From the NCBI GenBank assembly GCA_963698535.1, contig CAVORD010000006.1, positions 26,881-90,880 of the forward strand: a stretch of DNA of 64,000 nucleotides, read 5' to 3'. The stretch is from an uncultured Bacteroidales bacterium (GTDB lineage Bacteria > Bacteroidota > Bacteroidia > Bacteroidales > VadinHA17). The position numbers and the translations under genes are program-made. The first letter of the stretch is position 1, and each line of letters begins with the position of its first letter. Below, one piece after another: positions 20,153-30,472 of this stretch. The notes beneath the pieces are model-generated. The model worked only from the letters and a program-made list of their open reading frames with translations, was not told the origin of the DNA and made no database searches.

Positions 20153-21022
20153 ATGATCAGGAAGATTACTATACTTTCAGCTGTAGCATTGCTTTTACTC
20201 TCTTTTAAAGCAGATAAGCCAGCTTATACACTTTTTACCGGTGAAGGCAAGCAGGTAAAGTATGAAAAGATGATGCAGGAAATTGAAGGAGCCGATATAG
20301 TCTTCTTCGGTGAGTTGCATGACAATCCTATTGCTCACTGGCTGGAGCTTGAGGTAACAACAGATCTGCATAAGAAGAAAGGATCCGGACTGGTACTGGG
20401 GGCTGAGATGTTCGAATCAGACAACCAGTTGCTGGTTGATGAATATACCGGTTCCATATACGATGCTGCAAAGTTTGAAGCAGAAGTTAAACTATGGAAG
20501 AACTATAAGACCGATTATAAGCCTCTGGTTGATCTGGCAAGAAAGAACAACCTGAAGTTTGTTGCCACCAATATTCCCAGGCGATATGCTTCGATGGTCA
20601 GCAGGGGAGGCTTTGAGGTTCTCGACTCTCTGGCCGATGAAGCCAAGGCGTTAATAGCTCCTCTTCCCATGAAGTATGACCCTGAGGTGAAATGTTACAA
20701 GGATATGTTGTCGATGGAGGGTATGGGTGGACATGTGAGTCAGAATTTCCCAAAGGCACAGGCAGCAAAGGATGCCACCATGGCTCATTTCATTCTGCAA
20801 AATCTCACTGCCGGAAAGACCATGATCCATTATAATGGGTCGTACCATTCCAGAAACTTTGAGGGTATCATCTGGTACCTGAAGGAAGCAAGACCTTCGT
20901 TGCGTATTAAAACCATTGAAACAGTGCTTCAGGACAATGTAGGGGAGCTGGAAGAGGGTAACAGGAGTATCGCAGATTTTGTTGTGGTTATTCCTTCAAA
21001 TATGACGAGTACCTACAAATAG
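20153..21022 (+). CDS. ChaN-like (haem-binding uptake, EreA/ChaN superfamily) protein
   Basis: VFFGELHDNPIAH, GAEMFE, WKNYKTDYKPLV, ATNIPRRYA, AQAAKDATMA and HYNGSYHS motifs. Confidence 0.82.
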   Translation: MIRKITILSAVALLLLSFKADKPAYTLFTGEGKQVKYEKMMQEIEGADIVFFGELHDNPIAHWLELEVTTDLHKKKGSGLVLGAEMFESDNQLLVDEYTGSIYDAAKFEAEVKLWKNYKTDYKPLVDLARKNNLKFVATNIPRRYASMVSRGGFEVLDSLADEAKALIAPLPMKYDPEVKCYKDMLSMEGMGGHVSQNFPKAQAAKDATMAHFILQNLTAGKTMIHYNGSYHSRNFEGIIWYLKEARPSLRIKTIETVLQDNVGELEEGNRSIADFVVVIPSNMTSTYK

Positions 21023-21023
21023 A

Positions 21024-21416
21024 TCAGAGTTTTTTCTTCTTAAGGGCCTTGCCGGACTGATCGTACAGGATTTTGAACCGGGTAAGAGCTGCGTCTCTCA
21101 CAATCAGTTCGTAGGATAACTCCTCAGTGCTGGTGATTGAGATACAATTCATTATCTCACCTTCTTCTGCAGCCGGTCTTCTTATTTCTTCGGGAACAGA
21201 AGAAAGGGAAAGATTGATCCTCAGCTCTATCAATTGCCCATCAGGTGAGATCAGGCATATCTTCTCAGCACCGTCTTCAGTGAATATCACTTCATACCTG
21301 TTTTTGTTCTTGCTCCATTCTGCTCCTTTGGCTCTTGGAAAGAATTCGCTAAAACGGGTTTTAGCTATCTCGGGTGCTGATGAGTTTCTTGAAAATATAT
21401 TGAATGAAAAATCCAC
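21024..21416 (-). CDS. Small PepSY-like hypothetical protein
   Basis: 130 aa; FP.AK..EWSK...YEVIF pattern and repeated YE(L/V) strands resemble Bacteroidota PepSY-like domains. Confidence 0.5.
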   Translation of the reverse strand: MDFSFNIFSRNSSAPEIAKTRFSEFFPRAKGAEWSKNKNRYEVIFTEDGAEKICLISPDGQLIELRINLSLSSVPEEIRRPAAEEGEIMNCISITSTEELSYELIVRDAALTRFKILYDQSGKALKKKKL

Positions 21417-21487
21417 TTTTCTGTTTTAATGTATAATGGAGACGGAGAATTATCCAAAAGTAACCTGCTTAATATAAAAATTCTGCA

Positions 21488-22060
21488 TTAGCTCTTATTT
21501 TGACTGTGTAACCAGAGCAATCTGTTTTTCGCCCTCTTTAGTCTCATTTTTACAGCCGACTCAGTAACTCTGAGAGATTCACTTATCTGCTTCAGACTTA
21601 AATCATCGTGATACTTCATAAGTAGCAAAGCTTTCTCCTCCGGATGAAGTTTGTCCATCAGAACCATCAGCTGGTCGTAACTAACGATCTCGTCATTGTC
21701 AATCTCTTCATCGGGTATCTCGGGAAGTTCATGCTTGCTGTTCCATTCGGGATAGTGCAGTTTCTTCTTCTCTCTCAGGTAGTCGATGCAGTAGTTGTAT
21801 GTAATTGAATATAACCATGTTGAAAAAGATGCTGTTCCTTTAAAAGAGTCGAGTTTTTCATAGGTCCTTGCCATAATATCACCCGAGAGTTCCTCTGCCA
21901 GTTCTCTGTTCTTTACCAGAGTGTAGCATTTATCCTGTACCTTATAGTGGTACCGGGAATATATTATTTCAAAGAGGAAGGTTTCGCCATGCTCACGCAT
22001 TCTGGCAATAATATCCTCATCGCCCAGGGTGGAGAAAGTTATTTTATGCTGAGGGTTCAT
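21488..22060 (-). CDS. ECF RNA polymerase sigma-70 factor
   Basis: Region 2 (AEEL...FKGTASFSTWLYSITYNYCIDYLR) and region 4 (LSLKQISESL..TESAVKMRLKRAK). Confidence 0.93.
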   Translation of the reverse strand: MNPQHKITFSTLGDEDIIARMREHGETFLFEIIYSRYHYKVQDKCYTLVKNRELAEELSGDIMARTYEKLDSFKGTASFSTWLYSITYNYCIDYLREKKKLHYPEWNSKHELPEIPDEEIDNDEIVSYDQLMVLMDKLHPEEKALLLMKYHDDLSLKQISESLRVTESAVKMRLKRAKNRLLWLHSQNKS

Positions 22061-22309
22061 CTTAATATATGAAGAGACAAATTTAATATTTTCGGCTACC
22101 CTTTTAAAGCGGTTACAGGTTCTTTTAACTAATTGGTTCTACGATGTTTGAATATTTGTGAAAAAATGTTAATATAATGTGTTACTTTTTTAAACATCTT
22201 CGTCTCAATAGCAAATTTAACTCTGCCGAAAGCACCTTATTTATAGTAACTGATAATTGAGGAACGAGAAGAAGTTAAGTAGTAAAATAAAATTTAAACA
22301 AAACAGAAA

Positions 22310-22903
22310 ATGAGAAACAAAGTTTTCATGGGATTTTTTGCAATCGTAATGGTTGCTGTTCTTTCAAGTTGTGGTAAAGCCCCTCAGGCTGAAATTGATG
22401 CTGCTGTTGCTGCTCTGGATTCAGCAAAAGTTGCTCAGGCAGATCTTTATGTACCTGCTGAATTTGCAGCTGTTCAGGATTCACTGAATGCAGTTGTTGA
22501 AAGTATTGAAGCAAGAAAAGGTAAGATGTTTGTTACTTTCTCAGAAGAGAAAGTAAAACTTAATGCACTTGTTGCTCAGGCTGCAGTTGTTAAAACTAAT
22601 GGCGAAGCTGCAAAAGCTAAGATGATCGCTGACCTGGAGGTTATGTTCACTGACATGACAGCTCTGCTTGCTGAAAATGCAACTCTTATCACAAAAGCAC
22701 CTAAAGGTAAAGGTGGTGCTGCAGTAATCGCTGAGATCAAAGCTGAAATGACAGCTATTGAATCATCAGTTGCAGAAGCACAGGCTATGTTCACAAATGG
22801 TGAATATATTGGAGCTAACGACAAGCTTAAAGCAGCTAAAGAAAGTGCAATGGCAATTAATGCCGAGCTTAAAGAAGCTATTGCTAAAGTTGCCGTAAGG
22901 TAA
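22310..22903 (+). CDS. Ala/Lys-rich helical lipoprotein (DUF4398-like)
   Basis: Lipobox VLSSC-GK; PQAEIDAAVAALDSAKVAQADLYVP pattern; strongly GCT/AAA-biased codons suggest high expression. Confidence 0.7.
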   Translation: MRNKVFMGFFAIVMVAVLSSCGKAPQAEIDAAVAALDSAKVAQADLYVPAEFAAVQDSLNAVVESIEARKGKMFVTFSEEKVKLNALVAQAAVVKTNGEAAKAKMIADLEVMFTDMTALLAENATLITKAPKGKGGAAVIAEIKAEMTAIESSVAEAQAMFTNGEYIGANDKLKAAKESAMAINAELKEAIAKVAVR

Positions 22904-22926
22904 TTTTTTCAAGCTTACTTTTAAAG

Positions 22927-22957
22927 AATCCCCGGAATTACTGCCGGGGATTTTTTT
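22927..22957 (+). terminator. Intrinsic terminator after lipoprotein gene
   Basis: ATCCCCGG-aattactg-CCGGGGAT followed by a T-run. Confidence 0.85.
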
Positions 22958-23064
22958 AACTTTCTAACAGAAAAAATAACAGGGTATTTACTTTCACTTC
23001 ACCAAAGGGATTGAAACTCTTCAATTACCGTAGTAAATGAAGGGAATGAAGCGGGTGAGTTAAA

Positions 23065-24240
23065 ATGGTTATGAGAAGCGTTATTAAAGGAGCAATATTT
23101 GTTATTATATCACTGGTTCTGATCACAGGTCTTCGGGCTTTGCTTCAGGTCATTTCAGAGCATCCTCCCCTCGAAGAGGTGATAATGGCAAGAAATGCCA
23201 TATCTGAGGCAAAAAGGAACGGAGCTGAATCGTACTCTCCAAAGACATTGAGGGAGGCCCAGGCTCTCTATGACCTTTCAATAGAGAAATGGAAGCTGGA
23301 AAATGAAAAATTTATCTCTCTCAGGGATTTCGGAGATGTAAGGAAGACAGCCAGTGAGTCGTTCGAAAAGGCAAAAGTTGCATCAGATTATTCTTTGAAG
23401 ACCTCAGGGTCGATGAAGGTTACTGAGAAGGAGAAGATAGATATGTTACGGGAGAGAGTCAAAATATCAGGTCCACTGTTCAACAGATTACCTCTGCCCG
23501 AGAATGTAAAAAACAATAATGCCAGAGGAAGGCTCCTTTTAGGTGAAGCAGAAATTGCCTACAATAATGGGGATCTGATAAAGTCAAGGAATCTTCTTAT
23601 TGAGGCAAAGGATCTTATAAACGACTCTTTTGATTATTCCGGCGACTTTCTGGTCGATTATTTCAAAGCATACCCCGATTGGAAGCGATGGGTTGATAAG
23701 ACAATAGAGAACTCCCGAAAACAAAAGAGTTATGCTATAGTGGTTGATAAGTTCGGCAGAAAGGTGATGCTCTATTACTCAGGTGTTCTTAAGAATACCT
23801 TTGATGCTGAGCTGGGAAGAAACTGGATAGGTCATAAAAAGATCAGAGGTGACCTGACTACTCCGGAAGGTCAATACACTATTGTTAAGAAGAAGAGCGG
23901 AGGCGAAACAAAATATTATAAGGCTCTTCTTATCAACTACCCAAGCAAGCAGGATATGGATGCCTTCCAGAAAGAGAAAAGCAATGGGAGTCTGCCCGGG
24001 AATGCATCGATAGGCAATCTTATTGAGATCCATGGTGAAGGCGGCAAAGGAGGAGACTGGACGGAAGGTTGCATAGCTATGACCAACAAGGATATGGATG
24101 TCCTTTTTAGAGTGATCCAGACAGGGACCCCGATAACTATTGTTGGGTCGCTGAAGCCATTAAATGAGATAGTTAAGCAGGTAAAAGCAATGGAAGAGTA
24201 TAAAGAAAAAATATTGGCCCTTGTATGCCAGAACCCGTGA
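23065..24240 (+). CDS. L,D-transpeptidase (YkuD family) with N-terminal TM and DUF4398-like helical domain
   Basis: IVVDK, GDLTTPEGQY, LLINYP, IEIHGEGG...WTEGCIAM catalytic His/Cys motif. Confidence 0.87.
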   Translation: MVMRSVIKGAIFVIISLVLITGLRALLQVISEHPPLEEVIMARNAISEAKRNGAESYSPKTLREAQALYDLSIEKWKLENEKFISLRDFGDVRKTASESFEKAKVASDYSLKTSGSMKVTEKEKIDMLRERVKISGPLFNRLPLPENVKNNNARGRLLLGEAEIAYNNGDLIKSRNLLIEAKDLINDSFDYSGDFLVDYFKAYPDWKRWVDKTIENSRKQKSYAIVVDKFGRKVMLYYSGVLKNTFDAELGRNWIGHKKIRGDLTTPEGQYTIVKKKSGGETKYYKALLINYPSKQDMDAFQKEKSNGSLPGNASIGNLIEIHGEGGKGGDWTEGCIAMTNKDMDVLFRVIQTGTPITIVGSLKPLNEIVKQVKAMEEYKEKILALVCQNP

Positions 24241-24973
24241 TGCGATAATCCCGCTTGTGGCTAAATTTAAGATCTTCCTTGTAAAATTATGGGATAGTTT
24301 CCTGAAGGAATTCCTTTACAAAAGTTACCTGGGGTTCAGGGTAGTTGCTGCGGTAGCTCTATTTGTGGCTCTGTTTCTGTTCTTTACCTATCCGGCTGCC
24401 GAAATGGTATCACTTCCCAGTAATGCCAGGATCAATCCCGATACAAATCTCTTAGCCGAGCAGGTTAAACTCGAAAAAGCTCTGGAGAGGGAGATTGCCC
24501 AACTCGAAAGAAGAATGAACTCATTCACCCCGGTTTATCCTTACATGATCATTAATACTACAGAGAACAGATTTTCTGTTTTCAGAGGTCAGAAGTTGAT
24601 GAAGGAGGGGCATTGTTCAACGGGTAGTTATATACACCTTATTGCAGAAGGTGATCAGAACTGGATATTCAAGACCCCGCGGGGAGTCAGAAGGATATAT
24701 GGCAAAACCACATCACCGGTCTGGCGAAAACCCGACTGGGCATTCATAGAGGAAGGGCTGCCAATTCCTCCGCCTTTTCATAACTCCAGATTTGAATATG
24801 GGGTGCTGGGCGATTATGCCTTAAGCCTTGGCGACGGATACCTTATTCACGGTACAATTTACAAAAGGCAGCTTGGCATGCCTGTAACACATGGTTGTGT
24901 CCGCCTGAACGATGAAGATCTGGAATATATATACCGTACCCTCGAAATAGGATCAAGGGTTTACATCTATTAA
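24221..24973 (+). CDS. L,D-transpeptidase (YkuD family)
   Basis: CSTGS, FKTPRG, PVWRKPDWAF, YLIHGT...VTHGCVRL motifs; TM segment near the N-terminus. Confidence 0.9.
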   Translation: MYARTRDAIIPLVAKFKIFLVKLWDSFLKEFLYKSYLGFRVVAAVALFVALFLFFTYPAAEMVSLPSNARINPDTNLLAEQVKLEKALEREIAQLERRMNSFTPVYPYMIINTTENRFSVFRGQKLMKEGHCSTGSYIHLIAEGDQNWIFKTPRGVRRIYGKTTSPVWRKPDWAFIEEGLPIPPPFHNSRFEYGVLGDYALSLGDGYLIHGTIYKRQLGMPVTHGCVRLNDEDLEYIYRTLEIGSRVYIY

Positions 24974-24976
24974 AAT

Positions 24977-25774
24977 ATGGAAGAGAATATTACACCCTCA
25001 AAAGGCAGTTTGTTAAGGTTTAGAAATCTCGTGTTTCTTCTGACCGCTATCATAATGGTCCTGCTTGCTGTCGAAATTGTTGCTATCAAATTGCATCAAA
25101 GGGAGATAACAATGAAATACGGTCTTGAGGGTGCTACTGCCAAGGAGAACAGAGGCCTCTATTCTGAAAATACCATTGAGCTTCTGAGGAAGAAGGCATA
25201 TCTTGCAGGAAGGATAGAGCTTGCAAAAACAGATAGCATTACTCTGGTGGTTAGCCTGGCCGATTCGGTGTTGCGACTTGAGCTAAAAGGAGTGATCATC
25301 CATAAGGCACCTATCGTTGAATTCACAAAGAGCAGGATGTTTGAGGCAACGGATCAGTTTGCCATCAGCAACCTTTTATCAACTCCCGGGACTATTAATA
25401 TCTACGACGGTACGCTTCCAAAGGAACCTATTATGGTAAAGGTTGCTCCAAAAGATACTATAGAGGCTTTGAATAAACCTGATATTGCACCCGATACAGC
25501 ATCCATTGAGCCTGTTTACTACTCACTCTCTCTTGATAATGGCATCAGGATCTCAATATCAGAAGTAACATCATCGGGTCGCAGAAGCCGACTGGCCGGG
25601 TTTTTCTTCAGAAGCCACGAAAGAGTTATGGATATGACACATTACCTGGGAAGACTTATCAGGGGTAAGAAACCCGACCATTTTATGGACATCAGGGTGA
25701 AGGTTGATGCACGCGATGGGAGGATAATCTACCGGGCACTGCCTCATAACGCAAGGGTAACAGTGAGGTTATAA
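24977..25774 (+). CDS. Membrane-anchored hypothetical protein, possibly a catalytically dead YkuD-like fold
   Basis: N-terminal TM; LVVSLADSVLRLELKG start and DARDGRIIYRALPHNARVTVRL end parallel the neighbouring YkuD domain, but there is no HG/C motif. Confidence 0.55.
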   Translation: MEENITPSKGSLLRFRNLVFLLTAIIMVLLAVEIVAIKLHQREITMKYGLEGATAKENRGLYSENTIELLRKKAYLAGRIELAKTDSITLVVSLADSVLRLELKGVIIHKAPIVEFTKSRMFEATDQFAISNLLSTPGTINIYDGTLPKEPIMVKVAPKDTIEALNKPDIAPDTASIEPVYYSLSLDNGIRISISEVTSSGRRSRLAGFFFRSHERVMDMTHYLGRLIRGKKPDHFMDIRVKVDARDGRIIYRALPHNARVTVRL

Positions 25775-25789
25775 TTGGATTCTTAACAA

Positions 25790-26566
25790 TTGGATATGAG
25801 TCGTTCCACAGCTATTAAGACATTCATTCTTATACTTATTCTGGTTTTACTTTTAATTTGGCTCCTGATTCCTGCCAGAAGTGACAATTTCACAATTACT
25901 GAAATACCCGAGCTTAAAGGGAATGAACTTATTATTAAAAGAGAAGGCTTCACTGTCTGTTTCGATACTCTGAAAAGTCAGGCCCAATGGGTGGCATGGG
26001 AGATCACAAGAGAAGAGCTGACGGGGGCTGTTGAGAGGAGCGACAGGTTCAGAAGTGATCCACTACTGTCGCGATTTACAGATATGGCTACATCTTATTC
26101 CCGGTCGGGGTTTGACAGAGGTCATCTTGCTCCTGCAGGTGATATGACATGGAGCGATTCGGCAATGACACACAGTTTCTATTATTCAAATATCTCGCCA
26201 CAGGATCCAAAGTTGAACAGGGGCCTATGGAAGAAGACCGAGGAGATGGCACGAAATGCTGCTGAAAAGAATGGCAGGGTTTTCGTTATTACAGGACCTC
26301 TCTTCTTCTCCTCCGATACCATTGTCCTAAATGGCAGACTCCCTGTTCCGGGCTCATTCTTTAAGGTCATTGCTGTAACTGGTTATAATAGTATTGAATC
26401 AATAGGATTTATATTCCCCAACAAGCCACCTGAGCAAACCCTTTTCTCATATTCCGTAACTGTTGACTCAATTGAAGCGCTAACGGGAATGAATTTTTTT
26501 CCAACCCTTCCATCGAAAGCAGAGAAAAGTGGGGAAGGGTCATTCACTGTATCATACTGGCAGTAA
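25790..26566 (+). CDS. DNA/RNA non-specific endonuclease (NucA/EndoG family)
   Basis: SGFDRGHLAPAGD, FYYSNISPQ, LNRGLWKKTEE, VITGP, VPGSFFKV motifs; N-terminal TM/signal. Confidence 0.92.
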   Translation: MDMSRSTAIKTFILILILVLLLIWLLIPARSDNFTITEIPELKGNELIIKREGFTVCFDTLKSQAQWVAWEITREELTGAVERSDRFRSDPLLSRFTDMATSYSRSGFDRGHLAPAGDMTWSDSAMTHSFYYSNISPQDPKLNRGLWKKTEEMARNAAEKNGRVFVITGPLFFSSDTIVLNGRLPVPGSFFKVIAVTGYNSIESIGFIFPNKPPEQTLFSYSVTVDSIEALTGMNFFPTLPSKAEKSGEGSFTVSYWQ

Positions 26567-26660
26567 CAAACAAAGAGGCAGTCAGTTAAGTTTTTTGACA
26601 GAAGTTATCAGGTGAATCTTTTTTTTGTATCTTGTTAATGTCTGTTATGAATGATCTGCA

Positions 26661-29577
26661 ATGCGAAGAAGCATTTTTCTGGTATTAACCTTATTCTTGA
26701 CCAATCTTTATGCTATTGGCCAGAGCTACCCGTTTCGTCATTATACGGTTCAGGATGGACTGGTTCAGACTCAGATCACGACACTTTTTCAGGATAGCCG
26801 CGGGTTTATCTGGATAGGTACCAGAAATGGCCTGTCACGGTTCGACGGGCTCGAATTTGTAAATTATTCAACGAGAAGTGGTCTTCCCTCAAATTATATT
26901 TTAAATATTAGTGAAGATAATTCAGGAAAGGTTCATGTACTGACAAAAGAGGGTCTCTCTCTTTTTGACGGAATCGGTTTCAGGTACTTTCCGGCTCCGG
27001 ACCACCTCGGGGAATTTCATAGTATTATCAAGCATACTGAGTACGATCCATCTTTGGGATTTATTTTAACTTCCTTTGATAGTGAGAATAGATTTGTATC
27101 GTATTTCCGGAACGGAAGTTATGTGCTTGCGGATAAAACAGTAGTAAGCGAAGCAATAGGTGTCACTGATTCAGTATTTTTCAACGGAGAATACAGATCG
27201 GTTTTACAGCTGTTTCTTAACTCAGGTTTATTTTCTTCCCAATCATACAATGATTTTGTTTCTGCAGGAAATTTCGGATTTCTTTCAGACAAGGCATGTT
27301 ACTTTTTCGGACCACATTATGAATTGTACAGGACATTTGATTTTGTGACACTGGAGCAGGTACCTTTGAAAGATACAACTATCACAGGGGGACCATTTTA
27401 TTCGGTAGAATATGTTGAGAATAATAAGCTGATTTTCCGTGGTGCCGGTATTAAGTCTGGACTGAATTGGACTCAAGGGAGGGTAAACCTGGTGATGAAA
27501 GACAGGGATAACACAGTTTGGTTCGGAACAGATGAAGGACTATACCGATTGCAAACCATTGCTTTGCAAAACTTTACAGAAAGCGATGGCCTGGCGCGAA
27601 GTATATGGTCAATAGCCGAGGGTGGTGATGGTATGATCTATTTTGCCTCTTTGGATGGTGTAATACAGAGTTATAACGGGGAAGAGATAAAAACGATCTA
27701 TTCTCCACAGAAAAAGTATGGAGAAGCTTTCTATATGGGAGCCAAAAGGCTTTTCGACGGAAATATACTTTTCACAACGGGAACTGGTGTGTCAATATGG
27801 GCTGGCGGTAATCTAAGGCCTTACTCTCCGGCCAGGAGCCAGACAGAGATGGTATGGCAGGATCCCGCCGACACTGCAATTTATTTAGGTACCGTGGAGG
27901 AGTTGGTTCAGATAAAGAAGAATGGGACTATCAAAAGATATCCCTGAATTCAGACACGATAGTCTTGGCTGGGTGTCAGATATGGACAGGGATGATTCTG
28001 GTAACCTGTGGTTAATTACCAACAAGAGAGTTGCTAAATTAAGTGACGGGAAATTCAGCCTGCCTGATTCGAATCTGATAAGATCACACTGGTATTCCCT
28101 GAAATATGCAGGCGGTAAAATATGGATCGGCGGGCAGGCCGGTCTCTTTGTATTCGACGATAAGGCTGGCCGTTTCCTGGATGTTCTCGACGGGGAGATC
28201 AACAGATCTGTAAACCTTCTTGAAATGGTAAACGATTCAATTCTGCTGGCAGGCAGAATGACTGATCTTCTTCTGGTCGATATTAAAGCGTATGCAAGGG
28301 GCGAGAAATCTTTCTGGCGCACCTTTGACAAAACTGACGGATACCCGGGACTGGAGAGTGAACAGAATGCCGTACTGAAGGACAGGGACGGAAAGATCTG
28401 GATATCCACTACCGGCATGATTGTAAAGATCGATCCTGATCTGCTTCTTACTTCCGGTAATAAACCTATGGTCTATTTTACTGGGTATGACATTATCTCA
28501 AAGAACAGTGAAGATGAAGTTGTAGTTCCATTTAATATCTATGATGATATCCCGGAGAATATAAGGCTCAGTTACAAAAACAATTCGCTTCGGATCTTCC
28601 TCTCTGTGATCTCAACAACCAATCCGGAAAAGGTTATGATAAAATACCGGTTCAGGGGCGACCGCGACTGGTCAGTTCCTGTAACGGGCAGAAGGATATT
28701 GCTGGCAGGACTGAAACCTGGTAAATATGAGCTTGAGCTGATGGCGGCTGGTGTAAACGGGTTATGGAGCGAAAGTCCGGAAGTGATTAGTATTCAAATA
28801 GTACCGGCATTCTGGCAGACTACCTTATTCTTTGTGATACTGGCAATTGTTGTTCCTCTGCTTGGTGGTATGGCAGGTTACTATTTTAAGGGCCGGAGGG
28901 CCAGAAGGAAGAGTGAGCGCGAAGCTTTGACAGAACGGATAAAAACACTTCAGATCCAGAATATAGCACGACAATTTGATCCTCACTTTACATTTAATAT
29001 AATTTCATCGGTGGGGAGTATGATAATGATCGATGAAAAGGAGAAGGCTTATGATACCCTTTTGAGGTTTTCGGAAATTCTCAGGGGAATGCTCAATGAT
29101 CCAGGCATAATACTTAAACCACTTGGGGAGGAGCTGGCTTTGGTTAACGATTATTGTATGCTTCAGGCTAACAAAATGGGGGAGGAGAGATTTAGCTACA
29201 CTATGGAGATAATTGACGGTGCAGAGGTCTCTTTTTTGTTCCCGCGAATGGTGATCATCTCATTTGTTGAGAATGCGATCAAGCATGGTATAATGCCCAG
29301 TCTTAACGGTGGGGAGGTTGTCATATCTGTCTCTGCTGAAGGCGACGGTCTGCTGGTTAAAATTGCTGATAACGGGATCGGGAGAGCAGCGGCAAGAGAG
29401 CGGAAAACACCGGGTACAGGCAGCGGGACAAGACTAACCGACACTCTTTTCGATTATCTTAATGAGGGCAAATCAGAAAAACTGACTTATCACATTGAAG
29501 ATTTGACCAATGAGGATATGGAACCGTCAGGTACCCTTGTATCAATAGATATTCCCGCACGGTTCAGAATATCCTGA
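26661..29577 (+). CDS. LytS-type histidine kinase with periplasmic beta-propeller (Reg_prop) and Y_Y_Y domain (frameshift ~27935)
   Basis: YTVQDGL, QDSRGFIWIGT propeller repeats; LKPGKYELEL Y_Y_Y; TM; QFDPHFTFN H-box, FVENAIKHG, DNGIGR, GSGTRL. Confidence 0.85.
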
Positions 29578-29705
29578 TCTCTATTTTTCAAAAAAGAAGC
29601 CCTTGTACGAACAATAAGGTCAAATTGTAGTTAAATTTGCCGCAATTTGTTTTACTCGTCATCATAATGGTCAGCTAAAGCAGTTCCTGTTTCAAACAAT
29701 AAGAG

Positions 29706-30461
29706 ATGAATCTAAGTGTCAGGGTTAAGATCCTAATCAGTTTCCTTCTTTTGGTAGCAATGCTTATCGCCGCAGGTGTACTTGCTATATACGAGTTCAG
29801 GAGACTGAGTTATTCGGTCAATGAGATCATAGAGAATAACTACAAGACAATTGTCGCTGCGGAAGAGATGAGAGATGCTCTTGAAAGGGAGGATAGCGGA
29901 ATTCTTTTGTTAATGCTTGGTAATTTTGATGAGGGAAGAAAGAATCTTGCCAGGGCCGATTCCGTCTTTCTTGAATCTCTGGCAGTTGCATCAAGGAATA
30001 TTACGGAACCCGGAGAGAAGGAGATAATAGACCGGATAGCCACCGGATATTCTCTTTTTAGTCAGCACTGGAAGAGACCCATAGTTGATACGGAGAGGCA
30101 GGGTAACCTGTTATGGTATACCAACGATGTCCATCCATATTTCCTTCAGGTAAAGAGTGACCTGGAAAAACTGCTTGAGATAAACCAGGAGAGCATGTAC
30201 CGCATTATTGCTGATATGCATGAGAAGGCAAAGAGAGCAATAATGCCCGGTATTATCGCCATTGGAGGAGCGTTGGTCTTTCTGTATCTGCTTAATTTTT
30301 TCATAAAGACATTTCTTGTATTACCTATCATCAATCTGCTTGAAAAGATCAGAACTATGAGAGCAGGCACGAACCCATTCAGGGCTAATCCAAGGAGTAA
30401 GGATGAAATTGTAAATCTGGAGAGCGAAATATCGAAACTGATAGATCGTTCAGATAATTAG
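29706..30461 (+). CDS. Two-TM protein with MCP-type four-helix periplasmic domain and truncated HAMP, no output domain
   Basis: TM1, ENNYKTIVAAEEM...NITEPGEKE bundle, TM2, P(I)..L....SKDEIVNL HAMP-like end. Confidence 0.7.
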   Translation: MNLSVRVKILISFLLLVAMLIAAGVLAIYEFRRLSYSVNEIIENNYKTIVAAEEMRDALEREDSGILLLMLGNFDEGRKNLARADSVFLESLAVASRNITEPGEKEIIDRIATGYSLFSQHWKRPIVDTERQGNLLWYTNDVHPYFLQVKSDLEKLLEINQESMYRIIADMHEKAKRAIMPGIIAIGGALVFLYLLNFFIKTFLVLPIINLLEKIRTMRAGTNPFRANPRSKDEIVNLESEISKLIDRSDN

Positions 30462-30472
30462 GACCCAGTGAT

